Assembly: GCF_006345805.1 (NCBI RefSeq)
Contig: NC_043020.1
Span: 18,352,001 to 18,416,000, forward strand
Length of the DNA stretch: 64,000 nucleotides
Source of the DNA: Octopus sinensis
Taxonomy: Eukaryota
Direction of reading: 5' to 3'
Part shown: piece by piece, positions 27,757-40,793 of the stretch
Layout of the letters: every line of letters starts with the position of its first letter
How positions within the stretch are numbered: position 1 is the stretch's first letter
Notes under the pieces: generated by a model
What the model was told of the DNA's origin: nothing
Database searches by the model: none
What the model saw: the letters and a program-made list of their open reading frames with translations, nothing else
Position numbers and translations under genes: made by a program

Positions 27757-28250
27757 ATGTCTGACTTTTGCCATGTATTTGTACAAGTTGACTCCAAGTC
27801 TCATCCAGAGATCTCGGGACAAGTTAGAAGTTCAATTTGGTGTTATGCATTGGGTGTCATGTATTTAGTTTTGCTCAAAGTATTGTTCTAGAGAATGTTT
27901 AAGAAAACAAGAAAATTAAAAGTTTGTTTTAAAATTTGAGATTAGATAGACAGTATTTTACATAGGATATGAGCAGTTCCCATGAGCACTATCTTTTGAA
28001 TTTCTACCATTTTGAAGTTTCCTGGTATCTGGTCTAGGTAGGAATCAGCTCCTTTTGCTATCATTCCTTGGGCCCCTTTGACAACAAGTATTGTTTTAGT
28101 CTTGAGGTTCCACATTTTGCCAATTTCTATTTCAAGATCTTTATACTTGCTCAGTTTTTGGAAGGTCTTGACAGATACATTTAGGTCGATTGGTACAGTC
28201 ATATCAATGAGGAGGCATGATTTTTGTCTGGAGTCCTTCAATATATAATT
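27757..28250 (-). mobile_element. Second 5'-truncated R4/Dong fragment (RLE C-terminus + 3' UTR), antisense in HTATIP2 intron 1
   Basis: ORF 27942..28355(-): KSCLLIDMTVPIDLNVSVKTFQKLSKYKDLEIEIGKMWNLKTK..V.GA.GMI...EIQKIVLMGTAHIL. Its 5' end abuts (AAT)n. Confidence 0.85.
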
Positions 28251-28756
28251 ATCATTACTATTATTATTATTATTATTATTATTGTTGTTGTTGTGGTGAG
28301 CTGGCAGAATCATTAGCACACTGGGCGAAATGCTTAGCGATATTTCATCTGCCATTATGTTCTGAGTTCAAATTCCACCGAACTTGACTTTGCCTGTCAT
28401 CCTTTTGGGGGTCGATAAAATTAGTACCAGTTATGCACTGGGGTCAATGTAATCGACTTAATCCTTTCCCCTAAATTTCAGGCCTTTTGCTTCCAGTAGA
28501 AAAGATTATTATTATTATTATTATTATGATGGTGATTTAGCAGAATCATTAGCACACTGAGCAAAATGCTTAGCGGCATTTCATCTGTCTTTATGTTCTG
28601 AGTTCAAATTCTGCCAAGGTTGACTTTGTTTTTCTTTCTTTTGGGGTCGATAAAACAAAATACCAGTTGAACATTAGGGTTGATGTAATCAACTTTGCCC
28701 CTCCTCTGAAATTGCTGGCCTTGTGCCAAAATTTGAAGCCATTATCATTATTACTA

Positions 28757-29110
28757 TTACCTCTGCCTTAGAGAAGGTGGAGGTATTGTTTGCAGTCATG
28801 TTCGTTTGTCCATGGACATGATATCTCAAGAACTACTGGATAGATTCGGATGAAACTTTCAGGGATGTTTGGCCTTGTGATTGGCACAAACTGTTTAGAT
28901 TTTGTAATCGATCTGATACCGGACAAGGATTCTGGATTATTTTACCTGTTTTTTTACTTAATTTTTGAGAGCGGTTGGGTTCATTTTTAGTATTCTTGTT
29001 TGTGAGAGTAGTTGAGTTTATTTTAGATATTCTCATTTTAAAAATCTCTGGCTAATTGTTGAGAGGACATTGGTGTTGCCTTGGCAGAGGTTTGCACCCT
29101 CTGAGTGCTC
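28757..29110. mobile_element. Helentron-associated (HINE/DINE-1-like) non-autonomous element
   Basis: Subterminal inverted repeats ttacctctgcc / ccttggcagaggt, 'ggat..attcggatgaaacttt' core, and terminal stem gcaccctctgagtgc. Confidence 0.6.
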
Positions 29111-30387
29111 TGGTCTCTCTCTTTTGGAGGCCCTACAAGGAGCTTGTGCTCCCCTGGCATAGCTCTCACCACACTGTCACAAGCTACAAAGACTGGATCT
29201 TGTGATAGACCTCTTCTCTTACGACACAACAAATACCCAGTTTTCAAACAGTCTTGTGATTCCAATTCTGACCTACCTGTGGGACCCACAAATCGCATGT
29301 GGGTCTACAGAAGTTAAATCCACGACCCTTCTCCCAGGATTCTTGTGATAAGTTTTATGAGCTTTGCCTTTGTGTTCAAAATCTGCCAGCATTAATAGTA
29401 AATGTAACTGTCTGATGTCCCTACGAAACTGGATAAGAGAGATTTTTTTGGGTCCAACCTTGATTATTCCTCACTAATAAATCTGTTGCTTTGAGCTGAA
29501 GTATGAAAGCATTATGGTTTTTAAACCTGTTGACCTTGCATTGTTCTTAATTTCATCATATGATTATCTCAGCTGAGTTCTTAATGATTTCTATTGTCAA
29601 AAGACAAAAAAAAACAAACGAAAAAAAACATAAATCAAAAGCAAACAAATAAAGGAATGAATTCAAAAACAAACTATTAAGTTAATGAGAGCCAGTGTGA
29701 ACACAATCATTAATTGTAGTTTCTAAATTAAACTTTTTGATTGTTTGCAGTTTGTTGTTAAAAGCCTCGTAAACTAAACCTTCTTTTAGGCCATTGCACT
29801 AGTAGTGTGTGTGTTTATTTTTTGTCTTTTAGTTGTTTGTGTATTTTGTGATGACCTTTTGGAAATAATCAACCAAAGAAATAGCAGCTAAATTACTTCT
29901 CTCTCAAATCACAGCCCATTGTCTTAAACCGTTTGAGCATTCAGATTACTCTGTCAAATGTAATGCTTATTTATTCAGACTGTTTTCAATTAATCATGCA
30001 TGATTAATTCAAATACATTCATAGCTGTGAGATTTTGGTGAAGTGATTGTTTATTTTTAGAATGACATAGCAGGATAGGTGCGAGAGGCTGGATCAGGCT
30101 GGTTTGAATATAAAAGGCAGAATATTTGGGTCTGAAATGACCATTTCAAATAGTTAGGGATTAAACAACTAAGAACACACTGAATAATGTAGTCTTTGAT
30201 GTTTGAAAATAAGACAGGATGGTCATTGGTGGAATGCCATTAATCATAGGCCAGTTGAAACAGAGCAAACTTGGAGTTAAACAACATTTTTAAAAAAGAA
30301 AGAAAATTGCCCATGACATACAATTACAATTCCTCTCATGTTACTGCTACATTCCTCACACAACCAAATATTTCAGCTTTGAAGAAT

Positions 30388-30778
30388 TACTCTTTTACTT
30401 GTTTCAGTCATATGACTGTGGCCATGCTGGAGCACCGCCTTTAGTCGAGCAAATCGACCCCAGGACTTATTCTTTGTAAGCCTAGCACTTATTCTATTGG
30501 TCTCTTTTGCTGAACCGCTAAGTAACGGGGACGTAAACACACCAGCATCGGTTGTCAAGCAATGTTGGGGGACAAACAAAACACACAAACACACACATGC
30601 ATATATATACATATATACAATGGGCTTCTTTCAGTTTCCGTCTACCAAATCCACTCAGGAGACTTTGGTAGGCCCAAGGCTATAGTAGAAGACACTTGCC
30701 CAAAGTGCCACACAGTGGGACTGAACCTAGGACCATGTGGTTGGTAAGCAAGCTACTTACCACACAGCCACTCCTGCG
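30388..30778 (-). mobile_element. SINE family A, full length
   Basis: Reverse complement of the family A consensus, from head to tail. Confidence 0.85.
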
Positions 30779-31126
30779 ACTATAAATTAATATTACTAAG
30801 AATTATTACCAATCCCTCGAATATTGGAAAAAGAAATGACCTGTACGCCACATCAGATAGTTTGAGAAAAAACTGCCTTAGAGTATGTCCAGCAATGGAA
30901 AAAAAGTTTATAAATCCATATCACATAAGATCTGGCTTCTTTCTCTTCCCTTTACTTTATCTGTAAGTGCCAAAGCAAACAAAAGTTTTATCTTCATTCT
31001 TTTTGAAATTCATGGACATAATAATCATAACAAAGAACTTAATGTATACAGTATTCAGGTGCAATAACCCTCGGACTGATCAAAACCTTGTGAGTAGATT
31101 TGGTTGAAGGAAACTGAAAGAAGCCT

Positions 31127-31165
<39 letters not shown>

Positions 31166-31806
31166 TCATCATCATTATCGTTTAACGTCTGGCTTCCATG
31201 CTGGCATGGGTTGGACGATTTGACTGAGGACTGGTGAGCCAGATGGCTGCACTAGGCTCCAATCTGATCTGGCAGAGATTTTACTGCTGGATGCCCTTCA
31301 TAATGCCAACCACTCCAAGAGTGTAGTGGGTGCTTTTATATGCCACTGGCATGAGAGCCAGTCAGGCAGTTGTTTGTGTGTGTTCGTCCTCCCACCATCG
31401 TTTGATAACCGATGTTGGTGTGTTTATGTCACTGTAACTTAGCACTTCAGCAAAAGGAACAGATTGAATAAGTACTAGGCTTACAAAGAATAAATCTTGG
31501 GGTTGATTTGTTTGACTAAATGCGGTGTTCTAGGATGGCCACAGTCAAATGACTGAAAAAGTATAAGAATATATATAAACACACACATGCACATTTATAT
31601 ATATACATATATAAATATATATGTATATATGTACACATATATATATGTACTTATATATATTCAGCACAACATGTATTTATAGTGAATGTATAATGAAATG
31701 TGGAAATTGACTATTTAAAGTCTGTTATCAGCATATTGGCATGGAAATAATTTTTCTTTTGCCCTTGTTTATAAGTTATATATGTATATATGTACATATA
31801 TAGATA

Positions 31807-31842
<36 letters not shown>

Positions 31843-32820
31843 TGTGTATTTATATATGTACAAATATATACATATGTACAAACACATATACATATGTACA
31901 AATATATATGTACTACTACACCAAAACAACATTACAACCCCTGGCCATCTAAACTAATAGACTTATGTAGCTATGGTGACATAACAATGATCTGTGACTG
32001 GAGATATCAGTCAGCTTAGTATCAAAGTATTAAACTGTGTAACATGATTTTTATCCTTGGGTAGCAACTGTTATTTCCTATTTGCTTACCTCTCGAAGAT
32101 ACGAAAAATGCCTAATATTCCCTTCAAACTTTGTTTTTCTTACATTTATTCAAACCCTCAAGAATTCCTCTCAACACATGGCTATAATGCTCCCCCACTA
32201 CTCCTTGCTTGTGATCAGAGATGCACATTGTCAGTCATTAAGGGACATGCTCAAGTGATTAAGGTCAAGCAACTGACAAGCAAATCTGTGGGATTGAGCA
32301 GAATATTTACTATAATATTTCTTGTTCAGCAACTCAGTGCTGAATCTGTCTGACATATAATAGAAAATAGGTCAGTTTTCAAAACATTGATTCCCATGTC
32401 ACAAAAGCAAAGTTTGAAGGGAATAGAAGTCATTTACTTTGATTTCTAGAGAGAAACAAATATGAAATAACAAAAGGTAAAAAAATAAAAAATTTTGTTA
32501 CAGAGTTATATATATATATTTAACATAGAAGGACAAGCTACTTTCACTTTCCATCTACCAAATCCACTCATATCAGGACTATAATAGAAGGCCCATACTT
32601 GAAGTGCCATGCAGTGAGACTGAACCTCAAACCACCTGGCTGTGAAGTAAACTTCTTAACCACATAGCCATGCTTTAAGCTTCTGCACAGTTTTATCTAT
32701 CAAATTTCACTTGATTTTAGTCAATTCAAATTACAGTTGAAGGCTGTTGTCTCTTTAGGTCCTTTGCAGTATTTTTGTTCCATGTTTGACTTATTGTTGT
32801 TTATATTTTTTATTTTCCAG

Positions 32821-33007
32821 AATTCCACTGAGTGCTGAGGAAAACATTGAAAACTTCCGCCGTAAAAACTATAGCGCCTTTGTAGTTGGGTACAGTGGAG
32901 AAGTGGGCCGACACCTGTTGGAGGCCCTTAACCGGGCCAAAGTATTCAATAGGGTTGTTTTGATCGGACGTCGGACGATAAACCTTGACCATATTGGTCC
33001 TGAGTTT
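32821..33007 (+). CDS. HTATIP2: HTATIP2-like exon 2 (IPLSAEENIENFRRKNYSAFVVGYSGEVGRHLLEALNRAKVFNRVVLIGRRTINLDHIGPEF)
   Basis: Pyrimidine tract + ccag acceptor; gtaagt donor at 33008. Rossmann GxxGxxG motif (GYSGEVG) and 'VLIGRR', as in TIP30 (GASGETG...LIGRR). Confidence 0.95.
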
Positions 33008-33934
33008 GTAAGTAAAACAATTTGCTTATTTGTTTATTTATTTCTGATACTCTTTTAATCATCATCATCATCATCATCATTTAGCATCTGTTTTCCATGC
33101 CAGCATGGGTTAGACTGAAACTGGTAAGTTGGAGAGCTGCATCAGGCTCCAGTCTGTTTTGGCTTGATTTCTATGGCTGAATGCCCTTCCTACTGCCAAC
33201 CGCTCCACAGAGTGTACTGGGTGTCTTTTTTATGTGAACCCATCATGAGTACTTTTCACATGTCCCTGATATGCATGAATGCCTTTTACGTGTCACCAGT
33301 AAAAGTGCCGTGTATGTGTCACTGGCACAGACACCTTTTATATGTCACTGGCACTCTTTTAATAGCCTTAGTTATTAAGTTATGGTTACACAAGTGTACT
33401 ACCTGCAAGGTTCTGACATTGACCTTCCTTTAGAATTATAACCCCTCTAAAGAGTTATCCCCCTTCTCCAGAGTTCTCCTACAAGTTCATACACGTCAGA
33501 TATATACAAATGGCAATTTCGTTATAAGTATGGATAGAAGGCATCAGTTTTAGCCAGTTACCCAAATTAACTAATTGTTAAGGGTTAATATTGTATATGT
33601 ATATCCATCCATCACTCCACCATTTTCTCTGCCCACTATTCCTGGATGGGTTGGTGGGGAGGGTTATCAGGCACTTCCTCCATAGGACCCTTTCAGAAGT
33701 AACCACTATTATCCTCTTTGGCTGGATTCCAAAGTATGATGAGGTACAGTTCACTGCTGAAAGTAACAAAGAACAATGTAGTAGTGATGACATTTTCATT
33801 GACATGGAGCTAAGTTCAGATTGCTGTTGCTGAGCAGACCAAAGATTAACTCTTTGGCATTTAAGCCAGCCATATCCAGCCCAAATATTCTGCCTGTTTT
33901 ATGCTCAAACCAGTCAGATTCAGCCTCTCATACC

Positions 33935-34168
33935 TATTTCTTTATTACCCACAAGAGGCTAAACACAGAGAGGACAAACAAGGACAGACATAAGTATTAA
34001 GTCGATTACATCGACCCCAGTGCGTAACTGGTACTTAATTTATCGACCCCGAAAAGATGAAAGGCAAAGTCGACCTCGGCGGAATTTGAACTCGGAACGT
34101 AACGACAGACGAACTACCGCTAAGCATTTCGCCCGGCGTGCTAACGTTTCTGCCAGCTCACCGCCTCT
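33935..34168 (-). mobile_element. tRNA-headed SINE family C, young copy
   Basis: ggcggtgagctggcagaaacgttagcacgccgggcgaaatgcttagcgg...gttcaaattccgccgaggtcgactttgcctttcatc.tttcggggtcgataaattaagtacc; CpGs intact. Similar copies at ~38283-38503, ~39410-39640 and ~56775-56995. Confidence 0.85.
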
Positions 34169-34910
34169 CATACCTACCCTACAACTGATACTATGGACAT
34201 TATTCAACTGTCTCACTCTTGGTCTACCCCTAAGTCTTTTGCTAGTTGGTTCAGTTTGAAGAAACCATCTTGTCTTTCCTGCAACATTCTAACCGTGTTG
34301 GTAGTGCTGGAGCTGCGACTTCTTAAATATGGAGAAGTAGTGTCTTCACCTGGAGAGACTCCATATATGGAGTTAAAGTGACTGGATATATAAGACAGTT
34401 TCCTGAGTCTCCATTTAACCCTTTAGCATTCAGATTACTCTGTCAAATGTAATACATATTCATTCACATTCATGTGAATTCATCATGCATTATCTCATAG
34501 CCTTGAGATTTCAAGTATATGAATGTTTATGCTTTGATTGACATTGTTAGATAAGTGTGAGAGGCTGGATCTGGCCAGTTTAAACATAAAACATGTAGAA
34601 AATTTTGGGCCAGTTATGACCAGTTTAAATGTAGGTTTGTTTAAAAGTAGGCTTGTTTAAAAACTAGACCAGTTTAAAAGTAGGCCAGTTAAACTGTACT
34701 TGCTGTGTAAGACGACTTAACAATATTTCGCAATAATAGGTTACAAGTTTTGGTTTCATGTACAGGAATTTTTGACATTACAGACTTGCATGTTTTTAAA
34801 ATGTTGTCTATGTGGTTAAGAACCTTGCTTTGCAACCATGTGGCTTTGGGTTCAGTCTGACTGTACAGCAACTTAGATAAGAATTTGGAAACACTGTGGA
34901 AGATCATCAC

Positions 34911-34949
<39 letters not shown>

Positions 34950-35595
34950 TTTGTGTTTGCACCTCCCTTCACAGCTGGACAATCAGTATTGGTTTGTTTA
35001 CATCCCCATAACAGTTCAGTGAAAGAAATCCAATAAATATAAACAAGAGTGCATTTTGTACCAAAAGCTAATATGAGAGTTTCTCTCATGGTATCCACCA
35101 CAGTATAGTTTGTTCTAAAAGAACATCCACATTTAAGTGGGGATAAGTATTACCTCTCAGTATAAATACTGCCTCTGTCACTAATATATATGGGCTAATA
35201 GCTGTCAAGATCTGAATTGGTTGCCATTTAGAGCTCCCAAAGACTAGATGCTTGTATGTATCATTTGGCTTAGTTTTTACAGCTGGATGCTCATCCTAAC
35301 ATCAACTACTCTACAGAGCTCACTGATGAATTTCCTCATCGCACCAACACTAGATAGGTTGAATAACTTTTGATAAGACAGAACTAGAGGGATTTGGGAC
35401 TTCGTAACCCTGCACTGTCTTTGCTCATTTAGCTAACCACTTAATAGTATGAACTATAGGTTGTGGTGGGGTTTGTTTATACTCAGGAAATGTAAATTTT
35501 CTAGTCAGGTTCTTTAGAAAATTTATAAAATTCTTATGACATCAACATAATACTTTTATTTTAAATAGTTACATTTTTTAAAAACTACTTTTCAG

Positions 35596-35703
35596 GAACA
35601 AAATGTAGTTGACTTCAACCTTCTTGAAGATTATGCTAATCTTTTTAAAGGACTTGAATATGGTTTTTGTACCCTTGGCACCTCACATGGATCCATCCAG
35701 TCT
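35596..35703 (+). CDS. HTATIP2: HTATIP2-like exon 3 (EQNVVDFNLLEDYANLFKGLEYGFCTLGTSHGSIQS)
   Basis: ttttcag acceptor, gtaagt donor, phase 0/0, 108 nt. Matches TIP30 '[28 protein letters not shown]'. Confidence 0.95.
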
Positions 35704-35704
35704 G

Positions 35705-35745
<41 letters not shown>

Positions 35746-35747
<2 letters not shown>

Positions 35748-36445
35748 GGCAGTAAATTGGCAGAATCGTTAGCATGCTGGGTGAAATGCTTAGTAGTATT
35801 TTGTCTGCTGCTATGTTCTGAATTCTAATTCTTATGAGGTCGACTTTGCCTTTCATCCTTTTGAGGTCGATAAATTAAGTACCAGTGAAACACTGGGGTT
35901 CATTGGTCCCCTCCCCCAAAATTTCAGGTCTTGTGCATATAGTTGAAATGATTATTGTTGCTGATGCAGCTGTAGCAGCAAAGGTGGCAAAGACTCTGCT
36001 AGGATTGACTTTGCCTTTCATCATTTCGGGGTCAGTGAAATAAGTACCAGTTGAGTACTGGGGTTGATGTAATCAGTTATCCCCCTCCTCCAAATTTCAG
36101 ACCTTGTGCCTATAGTAGAAAGGGTTATTGTTGTTGTTATTATAATAATAAAGCTGACAAGCTGGCAGAATCGTTAGCGTGCTGGATTTTCGTTTGTCTT
36201 AATTTTCTGAGTTCAAATTCTGCTGAGGATGTTAGTAACTCATAAAATTCACTGGTGCTGGTGCCGGTGCCACATGAAAATTACCGGTGACGGTGCTGCA
36301 TAAAAATCCCCTGCCAAGGTTGACTTTGCCTTTCATCCTTTCAGGGTCAATGAAATAAGCACCAGTTATGCACTGGGGTTGATGTAATCAACTAGTCCCC
36401 TCCTCCAAAATTTCAGGTCTTGTGCCTTCAATAGAAATAATTATT
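35746..36445 (+). mobile_element. Chain of family C SINEs with (ATT)n tails
   Basis: Repeated gtcgactttgcctttcatcc core and cccaaaatttcaggtcttgtgc tail, separated by ATT runs. Similar chains at 23775-24050, 28295-28745 and 56630-57100; single copies at 8085-8285, 10290-10515, 11455-11680, 17690-18045(-) and 56090-56285(-). Confidence 0.75.
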
Positions 36446-36665
36446 TATATCTTCTTATTGCTTATACCTACCTTATTTCTTTGTGTGCTGGTGAAAGAGG
36501 AGTACAGTGCTATGGCCCTTCAGTTATTTAGTTGATTTTGACAACCAGTGATTCTTTCCCTACAGCAGGCTGTCCTGCGATCCAAGGTACTTTGGATGGG
36601 CTGGGGCTGCTATGTGAAGCTAGTGCAGGAAACAGCCATGAACTCATGTTATTTGTCGGGTCTTC

Positions 36666-36717
<52 letters not shown>

Positions 36718-36723
36718 CATATA

Positions 36724-37127
36724 TTCTTTTATTCTTTTACTTGTTTCAGTCAGATGACTGAGGCTATGCTGGAGCACTGCCTTAAAGGGTTTAAGTCAAA
36801 GAAATCGAACCCAGAACTTATTCTTTGTAAGCCTGGTACTTATTCTATTGGTTTCTTTTGCTGAAGTGCTAGGTTCCAGGGACATAAACACACCAATATT
36901 AGTTGTCAAGTAATGGTGGGGGGACAAACACAAACACATGCACACATCAATATATGCATATATACGATGAGCTTCTTTCAGTTTGTGTCTACCAAATCCC
37001 CTTACAGAGCTTTGGTCAGCCCAAAGCTATAGTAGAAGACACTTATCCAAGGTGCCATGCAGTGGGACTGAAACCAGAACCATGTGGTTGGAAAGCAGGC
37101 TTCTTACCACACAGCCATGCCTGCACC
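36724..37127 (-). mobile_element. SINE family A (left arm of an inverted pair in HTATIP2 intron 3)
   Basis: Reverse-complement full-length copy. Confidence 0.82.
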
Positions 37128-37148
37128 TATTTATATGTGTGTGTGTGT

Positions 37149-37183
<35 letters not shown>

Positions 37184-37184
<1 letters not shown>

Positions 37185-37575
37185 CAGGTGTAGCAGTGTG
37201 GTAAGAAGTTTGCTTTCCAACCACATGGTTCTGGGTTCATAGTATGGAACCCTGGGCAAGTGCCTTCTGCTATAGCATCAAGCTGACCAAAGCCTTGTGA
37301 GTAGATTTGGCAGATGGAAACTGAAAGAAGCCCATTGTATATAGACATCTATGTATGTTTGTGTCTGTGTTTGTCCCCCACCGTTGCTTGACAACTGGTG
37401 TTGGTGCTTTTGTGTTTCTGTAACTTAGTGGTTCAGCAAAAAGAGACCAATTGAATAAGTACCAAGCTTAAAAAAATAGATAAGTCCTGGGGTCGATTGA
37501 TTCAACTAAAATTCTTCAAAGCAGTGCCCCAGCGTGGCTGCAGTCTAATGACTCAAAACAGGTAACAGATAAAAG
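37184..37575 (+). mobile_element. SINE family A (right arm of the inverted pair)
   Basis: Forward full-length copy ~55 nt from the head of the previous one. Confidence 0.82.
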
Positions 37576-37771
37576 ATATATATAATTAGACTCCAAGGAG
37601 ACAGGTGTTTGTCTGGATAGAACTTGATTTGCTTAGACTACAGTGAACTTGCTGGGTGGAGTAGAAAATTCCAGTGTTTCAGACAGAGTCCTTCCGGGAA
37701 AAGTTGACAGAAGTGAAATTATTTTTTAAAAAACCCCAAAAAAACAGAAAAAATAGATAATGTAGAAATAA

Positions 37772-38005
<234 letters not shown>

Positions 38006-38560
38006 TGAAAGTCATAGATGCTGGTTTTTTGATTTTATAAGCTTCTCTACGAGTGGCAGAGATTTTGAATTAAAAAAGGGGATCAAATTTGTTGTTGGCA
38101 AAATGGTGGATAATCTTGAGGTTTTCTACCTATTTAGCTGATAAACATTGAAGTTCTATTGTATCAATGCTCAGAAGTAAGATTTTCAAGATACAGTGAC
38201 TGACCGATAGATGGTATTTGTCTGGTTACATGTCTCTGGTCACTTTCCTATTGACCAATATTCTGGACAAGATGGGAGTTTCAGCAGCGAGCTGGCAGAA
38301 GCGTTATCACACTGGGTGAAATGCTTACCAGTATTTCATCTGCCGTTACGTTCTGTGTTCAAATTCTGCTGAGGTCGACTTTGCCTTTCATCCTTTCGGG
38401 GTCGATAAATTAAGTACCAGTTACGCACTGGGGTCAATGTAATCGACTTAATTCCTTTGTTTGTCCCCTCTATGTTTAGCCCATTGTGGGCAATAAAGAA
38501 ATAACAGACTGGATATGCAAACTTTAAATGTGGACATACCTTAGTGATATATAGCTTTAA

Positions 38561-38935
38561 CCCTTTAGCATCTAAACCAGCCATATCTGGCCCAATTATT
38601 CTAGCTATTTTATGTTCAAACTGGCCAGATCCAGCCTCTCACACTTTCCTAACAATGTTATTCTTAAAATGAGCAATCACATCATTAAAATCTCAAAGCT
38701 ACAAGATCATTCACAACTGATTCAAATCAATGTGAATAAATAAGCATTACATAGGCACAGGAGTGACTGTGTGGTAAGTAGCTTGCTTATGAACCACATG
38801 GTTCTGGGTTCAGTCCCACTGCATGGCACCTTGGGCAAGTGTCTTCTACTATAGCTTTGGGCTGACCAAAGCCTTGTGAGTGGATTTGGTAGATGGAAAC
38901 TAAAAGAAGCCCATCGTATATATATATATATATAT

Positions 38936-38972
<37 letters not shown>

Positions 38973-39224
38973 TTGTGTGTCTATTTGTTCCCCAACATCT
39001 CTTGACAACCGATGCTGGTGTGTTTACGTCCCTGTAACTTAGCGGTTTGGCAAAAGTGACCGATAGAAAACGTACTAGGCTTACAAAGAATAAGTCCTGG
39101 GGTCGATTTGTTCGACTAAAGGCGGTGCTCCAGTATGGCCACAGTCAAATGACTGAAACAAGTAAAAAGAGTAAAAAAACAAAGGAGTAATTACATTTGA
39201 CTGAATAATTTGAAAGCTAAAGGG
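38561..39224. mobile_element. Same piggyBac-type MITE family, carrying a SINE insertion at ~38753-39190
   Basis: ttaa|ccctttagcat ... gctaaaggg. TTACAT is duplicated around the SINE. Partial copies at ~29930-30165, ~33850-33935 and ~34419-34630. Confidence 0.72.
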
Positions 39225-40624
39225 TTTTATAGAAAGCTCATGAATGGCTGACAGAGATTTTACTTAGTGATAGTAACACACCTGTGGCTTTTTTGATGAT
39301 TTTAGCAATGTGTGTCAGCCAACACATATTCATCATCTTCATCGTTTAACGTCCGTTTTCCATGCTAGCATGGGTCGGACTGTTCAACCGGGGTCTGGGA
39401 AGCCAGGAGGCGGCAAGCTGGAAGAAACGTTAGCACGCCGGGTGAAATGCGTATCCGTATTTCGTCTGTCGTTACATTCTGAGTTCGAATTCCGCCGAGG
39501 TCGACTTAACCTTTCATCCTTTCGGGGTCGATTAAATAAGTACCAGTTACGCACTGGGGTTGATATAATCGACTTAATCCGTTTGTCTGTCATTGTTTGT
39601 CCCCTCTGTGTTTAGCCCCTTGTGGGTAGTAAAGAAATAGAGGCTGCACTAGGCTCCAGTATGATCTGGCAGTGTTTCTACAGCTGGATGCCCTTCCTAA
39701 CACTAACCACTCCGTGAGTGTAATGGGTGCTTTTTATGTGCCAGGGGAGGCTGGCATCGGCCATGTTCAGATGGTGCTTTTTACGTGCCACCGGCACAAG
39801 TATCACAACTACAATTTCCAATTGATTTTTATTTTGATGTTGATGTACTTGACTCAATAGGTCTCCTCAAGCACAGCAGGTCGCCCTACGACCCAAGGTA
39901 AGCACAGCAGGCCGTCCTGCGATCCAAGGTACTTTGGATGGGCTGGGGCTGCTATGTGAAGCTGGTGCAGGAAACAGCTATGAACTCATGTTATTTGCTG
40001 AGATTTCTTAGGGTTTGTGTTGTGGTGGTAGTAGATTAATCCTGGGATTTTCCTCTCAAATTGTATAGTTGTGCAGTTGTCTACAGCCATCTTAAGTTGT
40101 CAGTCAACAGTCCTTTGCAGCTGCACTGAATCCCAATGCAGGAAAGATCTAGAGCATATGGCATCTGTTCTTTTTTGTTTTTAAGGTACAGCTAAATATA
40201 GTGTTTCTTTTACTTGTTTCAGTCTTTAGACTGTGGCCATACTGGGATATACTGAGGCACTGCCTCAATTGTCTAGTGTGCGTGTGTGTTTTAACTCTGC
40301 AATATACTTAAAGTTGGCATCTGTTTCATTAATATATACAACAAACAGCAAGAAACCAAGTGTAGATATTTGCAGGTTTGGGGAGGGGGGACTCCAGATG
40401 TCATCACATGATGGTAGTAAAGGTTTTTGCCATGATGAGGGTAGTAGGGATAAAAGGCTGTCGTTAAGGTGATGAAAGTGGTTGTGATGGTAGTGGTGGT
40501 GCTAGTGATGATAATGGTTGTTTTATACACACACACACATACATACACACACACAGACATGCATGCACATGCACACATTTTATAACGAATACAAACAATG
40601 AGACACTGTTTGTCGTTATTTCAG

Positions 40625-40686
40625 GGTCTTATGGAAGAAACTTTGAAAGTTATGCATTTCCAGAGACTCTCCATATTTCGACCAGG
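40625..40686 (+). CDS. HTATIP2: HTATIP2-like exon 5 (GLMEETLKVMHFQRLSIFRP-G)
   Basis: tttcag acceptor, GG|gtaagt donor (phase 2). 'SIFRPG' motif typical of TIP30. Confidence 0.93.
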
Positions 40687-40793
40687 GTAAGTAATTTGCT
40701 TATTCATTCCTCATATTATTTATTTATCCAATGTTAGAAGTTCACTGTCTGTGTAGCATCCAGCTCTACATTATCCAAGGTGTCCTGCCATCA

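Noticed and set aside
29105-29340. ORFs next to the Helentron-like element ('LVIPILTY' motif)
   Set aside because: Too short and degenerate to call; possibly an old LINE remnant, unsupported.
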